Part shown: piece after piece, positions 13,049 to 26,989 of the stretch
How the letters are laid out: every line of letters begins with the position of its first letter
Numbering within the stretch: position 1 is the stretch's first letter
DNA from: Octopus bimaculoides
Lineage: Eukaryota
Reading direction: 5' to 3'
Length of the DNA: 64,000 nucleotides
Assembly: GCF_001194135.2 (NCBI RefSeq)
Contig: NC_068995.1
Coordinates: 33,429,218 to 33,493,217 of the forward strand
Notes under the pieces: model-generated
Database searches by the model: none
What the model was told of the DNA's origin: nothing
Seen by the model: the letters and a program-made list of their open reading frames with translations, nothing else
Position numbers and translations under genes: made by a program

Positions 13049-16000
13049 ATTCTTATGTACATTCCTGTTCATACAACTACATAAACCTAAACTTAAAAGA
13101 CAGGCTCACATGAAGCTAACCAATTGATAAATAATAATAAAAAAAGTGAAATTGAATCTGTGTGTGTTTATTTTTGGTATAATGACCCTCCCATGATACA
13201 ACAAAATCTGTTTCAACACACCTGTTCACATCTTGCAAACCATATATAAAAATGGAATGTGTGTGTGTGTCTGTGAGTATATATTCTCCCTCTTGTTATG
13301 TGTGTAGTGACTGTAAACAAAACCTCACCATTCATACAAAAATGTATCATCTGTTTGAAGGTGTCCACTACATCTTGTTTGAACTATTCATTGTTCAGTA
13401 GACTGGGTGATTATTATCTTGCTTGGAAATAGGTTAGGGATGGTGTCAGGAAGGGCATCTGGAATTGAAAATTCTACCTCAATGAACTCTCATCTGAGTT
13501 ATGCAAGTCCCAAAAAGTAAATGTTAATACAATGATGATGATGATAATTTACTTACATATATGAATATAAGTGTGTTTATGCATGGACATTTGTATGTCT
13601 ATGTATATATTTATACATATATGTATATATAGATGTGTCATCGTTGTCATTGTCATCATTTAAAGTCTGTGGCATGAGATGGATAGTTCAACAGGAACTG
13701 GCCAACCAGAGGATTACAGAGTTTCCTGGTATTGCATGGGTTAAAAATTTGATCAGCTGATTGAAATGGAAAAATATTTTCAGCAAATTATTCTGTGAGG
13801 AGACCAAATGTGGGGCAAGAGAAATTAACAGACATTTAATAAAAAAAAAAAAAACTTATTTGAAATTAGTAATTACAATACTTCTTTATAAACATTTGTT
13901 CCTTCTCTAGAGCATCCTACATACCGTTAGTTGACCATGAGAGAAGCACTTGTAATTGCTGGCCAATAACTTTCAATTTGTTCCTATCTTTTATCTGTTG
14001 CTTGTTTCAGTCATTTGACTGCTGCCATGCTGGGGCACTGCCTTGAAGGGTCTTAGTTAAACAGATAAAGCCCAGGACTTACTTTTTGAAGCCTAATACT
14101 TATTATATCAGTGTCTTTTGCCAAACTGCTAAGTTACAGGGATGCAAACACACCAATACCAATTATCAAGCAGTGGGGGGTGGGGAACATACACACAATA
14201 GGCTTCTTTTAGTTTCTGCCTACCAAATCCACTCACAAAGCTTTGGTCAGGCTGTGACTCTAATAGAAGACACTTGCCCAAGGTACCATGCTGTGGGACT
14301 GAACCCAGAACCATGTGGTTAGGAAGCAAGATTCTTACCACACAGGCCACACTTGTGCCTATGATACACTCACAAGGCTTTAATTAGCCTAGGGCTATAC
14401 TAAAAGGCACCTACCATGCAATAGAACTGAGCCTAAAATGACATGATTTTGAAGTGAATTCCATTAACCACAGTCATACCTGCACCTATTGGAGCATTCA
14501 GAACGCATACCTTTTAGTTTGGGTTACCTTGACCTAAACTCTTCATATTTTCCATAATAATTATATATATAATTACATATTTGTGTGAGAGAAAGAGAGG
14601 TAAAATAGTTAAAGTATTGGGCCATCAATGCAGTTTCAGTTTGTCCTGCTTAGATGATTTAATTCTACATATCCCCATAACCCCTGTTCATGATGATAGG
14701 AAGAAATTTGGAAAATATTCTGATTGATGATGTTGTCTTCATATGTTCAGTGATTTAATTTGCAATTTTTCATTCTGCAAAATTTTTGTTTGATAAGAAT
14801 AAAGCTGTGAACTTGTGTCTGGTGGATGATTCACTCCATTCTATAGTCAAAGCTCTTCTGGAGATATCATCTAGTGTAAAACAAACTGAGCCTAAGTTAT
14901 CCATCATAGAATTAAAATTTAACACTGAAAAACTAATAAAAACATAATAATTACGCAATACTCTCTCACTGTGTTCTGTGAGATATGTTCACCTCTGATG
15001 CAATAATATTTTCACCAGCAACACAATCAACTTGCCCAATTGCTACTGTCATTTTTGTGGGATTATAAAACAAGGGAGACAACCTTTCGTGATTGTTTTC
15101 ATATTGACGGTTTTCAAAATTCTTGCTTCTATATAAAAACCATCTTAATTGCAAATCTTTTTATTAAAACGAACTTTTAAATAATTATTAGCTGCATAGG
15201 TCACATGTCAAACAGACCTCTGATCAGTTTTCAGTCATAAATAACCATCTTTTTTTTTTTTATCATCCTAAGAGTGTATCTACACCTTTTCACTCTCGAA
15301 TTTAAACAAATGAATCTTGAATTTAAACAACTTAACTGCATTTTAAATTATATGAATTTTAATTTGAATCACACGAACTTTTATTTAAAAGAAACGAATA
15401 TCAATTTAAAGTACATCACTTTAAAACTGATCAACTTTTATTTAAAAGAAGCAAAAGTTAATATAAAACAGGAGATAATCTTGCGAATGAAATTTATAAG
15501 TAAATGAAAAGGTACAGACTTTACTGCTAAAATTACAATATATTCGCCATTTTTCAGCTGATATTTCTAAAATTTCAACAGCCTCATGCAAGCACCCTTG
15601 CTGGTTATACTTAGTAATAGTTTCCATACACACATATGTACACAGCACTCTTAGTTGATCCAACTCTAATCAAGAAATGGAGACATGTTGAGATATATGT
15701 ATATACATATTGCCTGTGCTCTATAATAGCAAGTAAAAATGTATGCAGGAGATCAGCTGATACCAACATCTGCGTATATGTAAATGTATTTATATACATA
15801 GAATAGCTGTACATTACTTTATCCTGTGTTGCTTATTTATACAGTTATATAATTGTACTAGTACAATTTATTTTTACAATGACATTGCAGAGTATGTATG
15901 AGATGTTGAATCTGACCAGTTTGAACATAAAAGAGGCAGAATATTTTGGCCAGATGTGGTCGGTTTAAATACTAAAGTGTTAAATGTAGCAACATATACT

Positions 16001-16078
16001 ATCTACAACTCAGCCACTTAAAGCTATAAGTGGCTGAGTTATATATAATATATATATATTATATATTTATATTATATA

Positions 16079-16169
16079 CTAGCAGAAATACCCGGCGTTG
16101 CCCGGGTTAAAGAGAATAATGAAATCTAAAAACGCCGTCTAGACTACGCATCATCTTTATATATAGAGA
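16079..16169 (-). mobile_element. 91-bp mini-Helitron with both canonical termini
   Basis: Minus strand A|TCTCTATATATAAAG ... hairpin ACCCGG-GCAACG-CCGGGT ... CTAG|T. Confidence 0.75.
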
Positions 16170-17403
16170 TGTATATATACACACACGCACCCAAACACAC
16201 GTATATATATGTATATCAATATAAATATATGAAAGTCAATGAAGTTTCGTAAAAGAAGGTGATCATGTACATACTTTCTTGCTGTTGTGATTATAACACC
16301 TCATTGTAAACTATGTTCCTTGTTTTCCCTTGTGGAGCATATACAAATAGGTTTTTTTGTTGCTGCCCACTCTTGAGCAGCCAACATACAGTTGTCCATG
16401 TGAGAAGCAGGGCTCTTNNNNNNNNNNNNNNNNNNNNNNNNNNNNNNNNNNNNNNNNNNNNNNNNNNNNNNNNNNNNNNNNNNNNNNNNNNNNNNNNNNN
16501 NNNNNNNNNNNNNNNNNNNNNNNNNNNNNNNNNNNNNNNNNNNNNNNNNNNNNNNNNNNNNNNNNNNNNNNNNNNNNNNNNNNNNNNNNNNNNNNNNNNN
16601 NNNNNNNNNNNNNNNNNNNNNNNNNNNNNNNNNNNNNNNNNNNNNNNNNNNNNNNNNNNNNNNNNNNNNNNNNNNNNNNNNNNNNNNNNNNNNNNNNNNN
16701 NNNNNNNNNNNNNNNNNNNNNNNNNNNNNNNNNNNNNNNNNNNNNNNNNNNNNNNNNNNNNNNNNNNNNNNNNNNNNNNNNNNNNNNNNNNNNNNNNNNN
16801 NNNNNNNNNNNNNNNNNNNNNNNNNNNNNNNNNNNNNNNNNNNNNNNNNNNNNNNNNNNNNNNNNNNNNNNNNNNNNNNNNNNNNNNNNNNNNNNNNNNN
16901 NNNNNNNNNNNNNNNNNNNNNNNNNNNNNNNNNNNNNNNNNNNNNNNNNNNNNNNNNNNNNNNNNNNNNNNNNNNNNNNNNNNNNNNNNNNNNNNNNNNN
17001 NNNNNNNNNNNNNNNNNNNNNNNNNNNNNNNNNNNNNNNNNNNNNNNNNNNNNNNNNNNNNNNNNNNNNNNNNNNNNNNNNNNNNNNNNNNNNNNNNNNN
17101 NNNNNNNNNNNNNNNNNNNNNNNNNNNNNNNNNNNNNNNNNNNNNNNNNNNNNNNNNNNNNNNNNNNNNNNNNNNNNNNNNNNNNNNNNNNNNNNNNNNN
17201 NNNNNNNNNNNNNNNNNNNNNNNNNNNNNNNNNNNNNNNNNNNNNNNNNNNNNNNNNNNNNNNNNNNNNNNNNNNNNNNNNNNNNNNNNNNNNNNNNNNN
17301 NNNNNNNNNNNNNNNNNNNNNNNNNNNNNNNNNNNNNNNNNNNNNNNNNNNNNNNNNNNNNNNNNNNNNNNNNNNNNNNNNNNNNNNNNNNNNNNNNNNN
17401 NNN

Positions 17404-17662
17404 TTTAAAGTGAAAGTATTTGACATGAGTGTTTTTGTTTCACTTTTGACACGTAATACTTAAATAGTGGGGGAGATATTATGTTGCCGTGTACTCGAAC
17501 TCTGCAAGAAGTTAATAATTTTTTTTGACTAAAACACAACTGGAACCCTAAGTAAGGCATGTGTAAAATTTGAATGAAATTGGTTGTGTAGTTCTCGAGT
17601 TTTAGGGATTCACACAGACAGACAGACAGACAGACACACATTCTCATTTTTATATATATAGA
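17404..17662 (-). mobile_element. Non-autonomous Helitron 5' part (Lep1/DINE-like), remainder in gap; older copy at about 11795-12062
   Basis: Minus strand A|TCTATATATATAAAAATGAGAATGTGTGTCTGTCTG (TGTC microsatellite). About 250 bp is shared with 11795-12062. Confidence 0.7.
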
Positions 17663-18288
17663 TAATGTTTTCATTATGAAGTTTTAGGGGCAGTAAGGTG
17701 GGGTTATATATTCAAATTTTGAAATTGTTTGCTCAGTTGAAAATATTTGAGCCAGGAGCAGCAGTGAATAGTCTGCATGCTGATGTGAAATGATATCTTG
17801 TAATTGGAAGATAATAGCTTGTACACAGGAAGTGTGTAAACTATAATGTAGTGTTTGATGGAATAGGACACTTTAACCAGGTCTTAAAAAAAAAGTATGT
17901 ATACTGCGATGAAAAGCATCAGAGTGACATCTGTTCAGGTGTATACAGCTAATGCTGATATATTTGTCTTACATTGATAATCATGACAGTCACATATTTG
18001 TTAACATTGCTAAACTAATTTCTGGGTAGCTAGAAATTTTTATTGTTTCCTTCAAACTAAAATATTCTTTATTTGAAATATTTTCTTAATAAAGAAAAAA
18101 TACTCTCAAATTTTTATCATCTTGTGATTTTTTGATTAAAAAACTAATATTAGGATTTTAGTTGACAGATAGAATTTTTGTTCAATTGAAAATTTACATT
18201 TTAAAAGATACTTTGCTCAATTTTTTTTTTCCTTGATGTAAGTTATTTTTGTTATTTAACTTTGTATCTTTTTTTCTATCCATTTTAG

Positions 18289-18384
18289 GTTGAGATTTTA
18301 ACTGGGAGGGATAAAGGGAAGCAAGGTATTGTGACTCAGATTATAAAGGAACGTAATTGGTGCTATGTAGAAGGCCTTAACTAT
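18289..18384 (+). CDS. MRPL24: MRPL24 (uL24m) internal coding exon with KOW motif, [32 protein letters not shown]
   Basis: Polypyrimidine tract plus AG at 18287-88 and GTAAGT donor at 18385. 96 nt, phase 0/0. Matches the conserved uL24 segment VE(I/V)LxG(K/R)DxGKQGxVxQ(V/I)IxxRNWxxVxGLN. Confidence 0.95.
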
Positions 18385-19239
18385 GTAAGTATTCTCTTAA
18401 TGTAATTATAAAATTATAATAATCTTCATAAAATGATGAATCCTTCAATTTTCTCACAACTTGATTGAATTCATTTAAATTCAATAGCTTAATATTAAAC
18501 ATCATTTTATTATTGCACCTTTCATATGTCTTTTCTTGTCCAACTAAGAATTAATTATTCAATTTTATATGAAATATGAGGCTATGAATTCAGCATTATT
18601 TGACATGGAACACAGCAAATTATTACTAACTTCTGTTGCTGGATATGTTAGAGAAGTTTCTTACTGCATTGTATATATTACACTTACATTATAATATGTA
18701 TTTTCAAGCTCGGTTCCAAGGGCTATGAAAATAGTGTCAATTATACAGTAATAGGCTGTGCTTTTATAAACAAAACATTATTTATTGTGAAGTTAAATAA
18801 CCTGTTAGGAAGATAGTACTGCACCAGTGAATGAACTGACACTCCTTCACTTAATTAGTTAACATGCCCCTGCCCCATCAACTTAGCCAGCACTTATTCA
18901 ATCTCATATATACATTAATAAATTAAAACGTTAATACCAACTACCTTGTGCATATTTCTCCTGCCCTCCCCCCACACTTTTTATTGGATTTTCTCAATAT
19001 ATAGTAGGTGCTGGTGTGGTAGAGCACAGGTATGGTTGTGTGGTTTCATGATCATCCCACTGCATGGGACCTTGGGCAAGTGTCTTCTGTAGCCTTCAAC
19101 CAACCAAAGCTTGTGTGAGGTGATTTGGTTAATGGAAACTGAAGGAAGCCCATCCTGTGTATATATGTATGTGTCTGTTTATATGCGAGCATGTGTCTGT
19201 GTCTATATAATCTCTTTTATATTTGTCCTCTTTTTATAG

Positions 19240-19346
19240 AAATACGAAGAACTGTATAAAACAGCAAAAAACCCAGGAAGTATAATCCGCAAAGAACAAC
19301 CTCTTTTAGTAACGACTGAAGTATCTCTGGTGGATCCCTCTGACCA
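19240..19346 (+). CDS. MRPL24: MRPL24 coding exon, KYEELYKTAKNPGSIIRKEQPLLVTTEVSLVDPSD(Q)
   Basis: ttttatAG acceptor and GTATGT donor at 19347. 107 nt, phase 0/2, in frame with both neighbours. Contains the E-x-PL...V-x-LVDP-x-D motif of MRPL24. Confidence 0.93.
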
Positions 19347-19511
19347 GTATGTAATCTCCTGCTGCTGCTACTACTAATATTTTCTGTTGGATTTGTGTTT
19401 GAATTTATTAAATAAGCAAAGTTAACATGATAAATTCTGTTTATTTTCAGTTTAGTGAAAACTTGGAGGATGTATTATTTGTGAACAAAGGATTATGGTG
19501 TTAGTCTACAA

Positions 19512-19759
19512 CAGTGATTCTCAACCATTTTTTACCTATGTGGACCCCTTTGATTCTTATTTTACTCCAGTGGACCCTCACAGCCATTCTATCTTTAAAA
19601 CAATCTTATTATTATTAAATATTATTAGGAATTGCATTAAAAGATTGTTAAAATATTTTGTGTAATGTTGAAGAATAAGCAATTTATTGCTCATAAATTT
19701 TAACACAAAATCTTATATGGACCCCTAAGGACCATATGGGCCCTGGTTGAGAACCACCA
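19512..19759. mobile_element. hAT (Charlie-type) MITE in MRPL24 intron
   Basis: TIRs CAGTGATTCTCAACC / GGTTGAGAACCACCA. 8-bp TSD GTCTACAA / GTCTAGAA (one mismatch), fitting the NTCTAGAN preference. Confidence 0.85.
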
Positions 19760-19879
19760 GTCTAGAACATGATTTACAGAATCAAATCTAAAGCTGTTAT
19801 ATTGAAACTTAACAAATATTAAATCTATCAATTTCAACTGTTGGAAATATCGATTCGTAAATTAGATAGGGTATTTGAG

Positions 19880-22303
19880 AAGATTAGAAAATACGGTTTT
19901 GAGTTAACAAGAAAAATGTAAGTTCTTTATGAAAGAAATTAAATACTTGGGCCAGATAATAGAATAAAATGGATGGAAACTGGGTCCATCCAGAGCAACT
20001 GCGATAAAAAATATACCCACGCCAAATAATGTGACTATGATACAAGTATTCTTGGATTAAGTAAATTATTATCAAATTTACATTCCCAATATACATAATG
20101 TAAGGGCCCCACTCAATGATCTGTTAAAGAAAAATACAAAATGGTATTGGACTGATAGGTGTCAGAAGGCATTTGACTAGTTAAATATTTTAACATCAAA
20201 CTTATTGTTGGATGTTATATTGGCTACAGATGTGAGTGATTTTGGTGTAGGAGCCATGATTCTGCACAATATGATGATGGGGGTAAAAAGGCTATAGTCC
20301 ATGCATCACAATCATTATTACCAGCTGAAAGAAACTATAGTCAGATAGAAAAGGAAGCATTAGCAATCATATTGAGTGTGAAAAAATTCAATAGATTTAT
20401 TCATGGAAGAAGTTTCTGTCTACAAATGGATCATCACTCACTACTGTCAATATACGGTTCTAAAAAAGGAATACCAACACACACAGTGAATAGACTACAG
20501 CGATGGGGCACTACATCATCATCATCATTTAACGACTGTTGTCCATGCTGACATGGGTTGGATGGTTTGACCAGGGCTGGTAAGCTGGAAGGCTGATTTG
20601 GCATGGTTTTCTATGGCTGGATGCCCTTCCTAACGCCAACCACTCTGAGAGTGTAATGGGTGCTTTTCAGTGCCACTAGCACGTGTGCCATTTGCGTGAC
20701 ACTGGTGTCTGCCACAGCTACAATTTTGCTTGGCTTGGCTTGGTAGGTCTTCTTCTCAAGTACAACATAATGCCAAAGGGCTCAGTCATTGCCTCCGTGA
20801 GGCCCAACACTCAAAAGGAACTCAACCACTTTGCTCCCATGAGGCCCAAAGCTCAAAAGGAACTCAGCCACTTATTGAATTATGACTACAAAATGGAATA
20901 GTTATTGTCAAAAAATCTAGGGCATACGGATGGTTTGTTCAGACTGATAACGAAACACTGCGAGTCATTCCAACATATGGTAATCACAGCTTTAAGAGCA
21001 GGAGAAGTAAAAAATGTAATGTGATATGTGAATTACTAGTAACCCAAGAAGACATAAAACAAAATTCGGTAACAGACAAATTCATAACAGAAGTGAAAAG
21101 AATACTGTGGTCAGGAAAAGTAAATAGGAACAGGATTTGTGCTAAACGAAACCAAGATATGAACCTATACTCAATTTGTGATAGTGTAATGATGTATGCA
21201 CAGTGAGTAGTGATACCTGAAACACTACAAAAGAAAATGTTGAAGGAATTTCATGTTGGACATCCTGGTATTATGAGGATGAAAGCTTTAATGCGTAGCT
21301 ATGTGTACTGGCCAAAAATGGGTAGAGAAACTGAAAATTTAGCGAATGGCTGTAGAGGATGTGCTCTAGCAGCAAAATTACAGACGATAAAAAGTGGACC
21401 TTGACCAAAAGTAGATGTTCCATGGTCAAGACTACACATTGATTTTGCTGGTCCTTTAAATAGTTCGTACTACTTAGTGGTAGTTGATAGTTTCTGTAAA
21501 TGGCCAAAAATTTGTAAAGTGTAAAAATCCATCCTCCTTAACTGTGACAAATTTTTTACATGAGCTGTTTGCAAGATTTGGCATCCCAGATGTGATAGTG
21601 TCTGACAATGGAATGCAATCTGTGTCTTTTGAATTTAAAAAGTTCTTTAAAATGTTCACTGTAGAACATATAACTACAGCGCTATACCATCCCAGATCTA
21701 ACAAACAAGTAGAATGCTTTGTCAATATGTTCAAGAAAGCCCTAAGAAAGTCAAATAAGGAAGTTACGGATGAGGTAGCTCTCAACAATTCTTAAGAGTA
21801 AACAATTTGACACCATATCCAAATACACCAGCAGGTATGTCACCAGTGGAGTTGATGTTTGCAAGGAAAAGAAAATCAGTTTTCAACAAATTGCTACTGG
21901 ACAAGAAAAGAAAATTTGCAAGGGAAAATACAGCAAGATTTTTCAAAATTGGTGAAAAGGTGTTTGTGAGGGCATATAAGAATGGAAAACAGAGTTGGGA
22001 AGATGGTGTGATTACCAGACGCATAGGAAAAATGCTATATTTGGTAAAAAGTAGAAAGGGTGTATACAAGAGATACATGAATCAACTTAAAAAAAGATTC
22101 ATTGAGAGCAAGCCCAAGAGAATGGAAGAACCAATGGAATGGTTATATGATACTTTTCAAGTATCAATGCCAATACAGGTGATTGAACCCAGCCAGGTGC
22201 ACAAGCGTAAGAAAAAGAAAACATGGAGTTCTTGGAAGTGGATGCCAAACAGAAAAAATATTAACTGTGTAACTAAGAAAAAATCTCAAAAAAGAGAGGT
22301 GGG
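19880..22303 (+). mobile_element. Gypsy/Ty3 LTR retrotransposon pol remnant (RT end, RNase H, integrase) in MRPL24 intron
   Basis: Degenerate IKYLGQII, ATDVSDFGVGA, ERNYSQIEKEALAII, HVGHPGIMRMKALMRSYVYWP, RLHIDFAGP, FARFGIPDVIVSDNG, YHPRSNKQVE. Polypurine tract followed by TG at 22304 (3' LTR start). Confidence 0.92.
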
Positions 22304-24553
22304 TGATATAAAAAGTATTACTATCAAAAGAATAAGTCCTGGGGTTGATTCGCTCGACTAAAGGCGGTGCTCCAGCATGGCCACAGTCAAATGACAAACA
22401 AGTAAAAGAGAGAGTAAAAGAGAAGCTAATTCTGTTACATGTCTTTTGTTCTAGTGAATGTTATGAGAAACAGAGTTGTTGCCCCTGGCACCAGTTTCCA
22501 ATAGTGTCTGAGAATCTTCTAGCCATTTGGCAGCAGACTGTATTTAAATCTTGAGTAGAAGTTTTCTTGCATGTCACTCCATTTCAGTTTGTGTTGATGG
22601 TGACCCATACACTACTGACTCAGATAAACCATAGAACTTAGTGACCTTTTTTGATCCCTTCCTTTTCCCCACACCTTCAGATTTATGCCTGTGTCTACTT
22701 GCTGATGACATCACTTCAAGATTCTTTTCTTACTTTTCACATACAGAAAATCTTGCAACTACAATTGTACTAAAGCTAAACATTTCTAGAAAATAAAATT
22801 TTACCACTTGGTCTAAACCTGTGAATAGAGTGCAGTTTAGAAATGTTGCTCTCTTCATAAATGCTACAACATACAGTCTTTGGAAAAGCATAAGAAAACT
22901 TTCCAAATTCAAGATCAAATGTTTAGATTTCTGCATCAAAACTAGAATATATTTCAACGCTAAATACTTTGGCATTTAACATTCTACAAAGCAAAACTGT
23001 TTGCATTTCTGACATATTACACTTAGCACTTGTATCTTTGACTGCCTGTCAAAAAAGTTGGCAAGCACAGATTCAAAAATATGTTCCTGTCTAACCACCG
23101 ATCTTGGGAACTAAAATGATGTGATAATAGTGTTGAGGAATTCCTCTTCATTAAATATTTTTGTGTGAAATACTCGTGTTACATAGGGGATCGTTATTAT
23201 TGTCCTGTATAGACAAAATATTTTTTTTAGTGTTTCCTCAGTTTAAGTTACCCTCATTTGGTTCATCCTGATTAGAAAAGAAAATATCTTTACTCAAGTG
23301 ACAACAAAATAATTGATTGAAAATTACTAATATTTACTTAAAATTTCCTTAGTGAACTAATCACTTGTTATAGACCAATGATTATAAAAGTATTTAAATA
23401 CATCTTTATATATTCAACTGATCACATAACTAGAGATAATTATGCATAAACTTTTCCATATACTAATCTATGTGTCAGTGTGTATACATTTTTTTTTCTT
23501 TCTGTACCTGGAGAAAGAGACTGGGTCCATGAACCTTACAGACCCTCTAAGACTGATGAGATATCATTAATGTTATGTTTAAGCTGTTATTGGTCAATAC
23601 CTGTAGGAAAGGCATGAACAGGAAGGAAATTCCAGAAAGAGAAAGGATTGGGAATAGGGGTTAGTGCAAGGAAAGATGGAGTTAGATGCACCAAGAGTGA
23701 TGAGGAGGAGAGACAAGTAGGTGGTGGGTGCCTGAGTATTGGAGATGTGAGAAACAGAGGCCATTATAGTAGTCATAGAAGAGACAGCACACCTTTGGGC
23801 CAGAGACTAGAATATGTCCATTAATGATGTGATGGTAATTAGCTGAGTAGACTCTCTGGAAACAATCTGGAATGTTTGTGTGCATAATCGAAATTCAGTC
23901 CCAACTGTGGACACAGTACTTCCTTGTATTCAAATATACATTACATATGGGCATATATTCACATATACATGTACATATAACTTGGGTTTGAGAGAATTCT
24001 CATTATCTATGATATAATTGTGATGTAACACTAAAGACTAAATTTCATACCTACAAAGCAATTGTACAGAACAGAAGCTTGGATAACATACAGCTATGAC
24101 AATTGGAGTAGAGTGGTTAAAATTAGGAACAGCAACATCTGTGTTCAGTCCAAACAGGTGGTTTGTCTATAAAGTTGAGCACATTTTTTTGTGGGCAGAC
24201 TACACTGACTTGAACAGCTCTTCTTGGTTTTACTAGAAGACTGAGAGAAAACCTAATGCCTATTCAGATAAATGGAGAATTTTAGGTTTAACTAAACCAA
24301 CAAACTATGCTTCAGAAGACTTGTAGATACTAAAAGGCAGAGGATCGTCATCATCATCATCATCATCATCGTCGTCGTCGTCATCATCATCATCATCATC
24401 ATCATCACCACACACATCTGTTTCCAAAACAAAATCAAAGAATGAAGTCTGATATTTTCTCACTACTCTTACATTTGAAAAATGTGAACAGTTGTAAGAA
24501 TAATTTTATTTATTTATGTTCTCCAGTTGTTTAAAAGTTCTCTGAATTTGCAG

Positions 24554-24696
24554 GAAACCTACCAAAGTAGTGTGGCGGTATACTGAAGAAGGAGAGAAAG
24601 TTCGAGTGTCTGAAAGGACTGGTCGGATAATTCCATTGTCTCGTATAGCACGGAATGAAGATCCTGAGGATGGTGTTGTTAAAATTGATTATAAAG
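24554..24696 (+). CDS. MRPL24: MRPL24 coding exon, [47 protein letters not shown]
   Basis: ttgcAG acceptor and GTATGT donor at 24697. 143 nt, phase 2/1. Contains the hallmark WR(F/Y)TExGE(K/R)VRVSxRxGRIIP. Confidence 0.96.
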
Positions 24697-26204
24697 GTAT
24701 GTATCTTCTTTAACAAGCATTCCTTGATTATCATTCAAGAGAAAAAAAAAAAGAAGGAAAATGGACCAATGGAAAAATAATTCCTCTGAAACTCTGAGCC
24801 CTTTAGCATTCAGATTACTCTCTCAAATGCAATGCTTATTTATTCACATTACTTTGAATTAATCATGCAGAGACTTTCATGATGTGGTTGCTCACATTCA
24901 GAATGACATTATAGGATAGGTATGAGAGACCAGATCTGGCCAGTTTTAACTATTAGAATATTTAGGCAGGATATGGCCAGTTTAAACACTAAAGGGTTAA
25001 ACCAAAAACCTACAAATATTAATATTCAGGCTTCTTAATATTCTCTTGTGTGAAACTTTAACATAATATTGTTTAGCCTCTGCTCAGCCATAGTTTAAAC
25101 AGAATCATGATTATAGACATTCCATCCATCAGTATCTTACGTTTTTTCCAATGTGTTGGTAACTTAGGAACACATTATCCAGTGTTTCCTAATCATAGAT
25201 ATTTAGCTGCTGTTTCTATCAGGTCAAGAGACCATACAAAGGCTCTCTTATTGGGCTGTATAAAGTGCTTATAGCCCTAGGTCTCCCAAGTAGTCACTCA
25301 TTTAAGTATTAGCTATGTTCAATGTTGCTTAACTTCAGTTGTTGAATGAGAATCATTGTTTTCAATTTGCTGCAAACAGGACATGTTTTACAATAGTTTT
25401 ATGACTGTGCCTGGTGGAGGGAAGAAGTTTGTAAGTCCTTTGATTCTACTGATTAAAGGCTATTCTAAAGGTATACAGCATTAGATGTTGGCAAGAAAGA
25501 CTTACAGGTTTACAGTTGTTTGGTTCTCACTTAATTTCTAGGCCAGTCTTGATTGAGCAAACCTCTGATCAAAGGTACTCCACAGGGATTGTTCCATCTT
25601 TTTAACCCTTTTGATAACAACCTGCCTAATACCACCCCAAGTTATATGATACAAAAATCATGTTTTTAAAATGATTTAGATTATCATTTTCCATCAAAAT
25701 CTCATCTTAACCCTTTTGATACCAACCTACCTGAAGTTACTACTAGTTCCATGATAAAGACTTCTGGTTTTAAAGTAATTTTAGTTAAAATCTTCCACCA
25801 TAATTCCAGGTTAATTTATGTTCCAAACACAGCTTAATAGTGACAATCAATTGAGTAAATTTTTCTTTGTTTTAAAAATTAATTGAAACAAAGTATATTT
25901 CAACAGAAATATGGCGATGAAAGGTTTAATATATACTCTAAACACCAGCTTAACAGTAACAAAGTTATTTTATTGAAAATAAAGACAGTTTATTTCAGTG
26001 GTAATATGGTAACATAGAAAATTGTATTATCCAATGTGTTTTTCCTCCCCTACATCTTTTAAGATGATAAAATGTGATTTGGGAGAATATGAAACTGTTA
26101 ATTCTAGCTAGCTAAGTGACTGCAAGAAGTTCCCTCATTTGACTTGTACTGACAGTTGTTTGTTTGAGTATAATATGATATGATACCTTAATCAACATTC
26201 CTCT

Positions 26205-26680
26205 TTATATATGCTTGCTTCATGCTCTTGCCTGATGGGGCTGGGGTCATCCCAGGTTAGTAGTCCCAGAGATGTCATTATACATAGAGCCAACCAGGTC
26301 TATCAGTGCTCTCCATTGCTGGCAGTCCTGTGCCAGCCTCTCTGCATCCTCCAAGGTGACATTGAGCCTCTTGGAGATCTTCCCCAACCATGTCCTGCCA
26401 TGAGGCCTCTTCTAACCTGCAGCAGCTTGTCAAATGAGAGTAAAGTGCTGGTAGGATGATTTAGTGGGAGATGGAGGACATGTTCATACCAGCTCATATG
26501 ATGGACAGCTATGATATGTCCATGCTGGCTGATGTGTGTGTGCACGCAGTTCTCTGTCAGATATGTGATGATACCATCTGATGTTCTTGATGACTCTCAG
26601 GGCTCTACTATCAAAGCCATCAATCCTCTTTGCTGGGGTCTTTGAGAGAGACCACCTTTCTGCTTCATACACATATATCT
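26205..26680 (-). mobile_element. Second RTE-type LINE 3' fragment
   Basis: Minus YEAERWSLSKTPAKRIDGFDSRALRVIKNIRWYHHISDRELRAHTHQP ... AERLAQDCQQWRALI, similar to the RTE RT C-terminal domain. Confidence 0.75.
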
Positions 26681-26989
26681 GTATTAAAGAAATATACCAG
26701 AACATTAAATGAAATGTGGTGGTATTGAAAATTTAGCTATTCAAGAAAAGTACTACTCATAAATTAAATTAGAAAAAAAATTATTCTCATGCAGAGAATG
26801 AAGAAATTGGGGTTTTTTTTTTTTGAGTAAAGATTGTTTGCCAACATAACATGGCAGTCCTGGTTTAGGACGAATGTTGCTGTAATTTAGTCCCAGGAGA
26901 CATTGTCTCCAGCTGGCTATACGACACAATCTGTGTCCTTATATTTTCGAACAAGGGAATCCAGCACCCCCACTCAGCACAAAACAGTA

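Noticed and set aside
14690-15160. Coding-looking minus-strand stretch (two 62-aa ORFs)
   Set aside because: Many stops in every continuous frame; possibly an old transposon remnant but I cannot assign a family.
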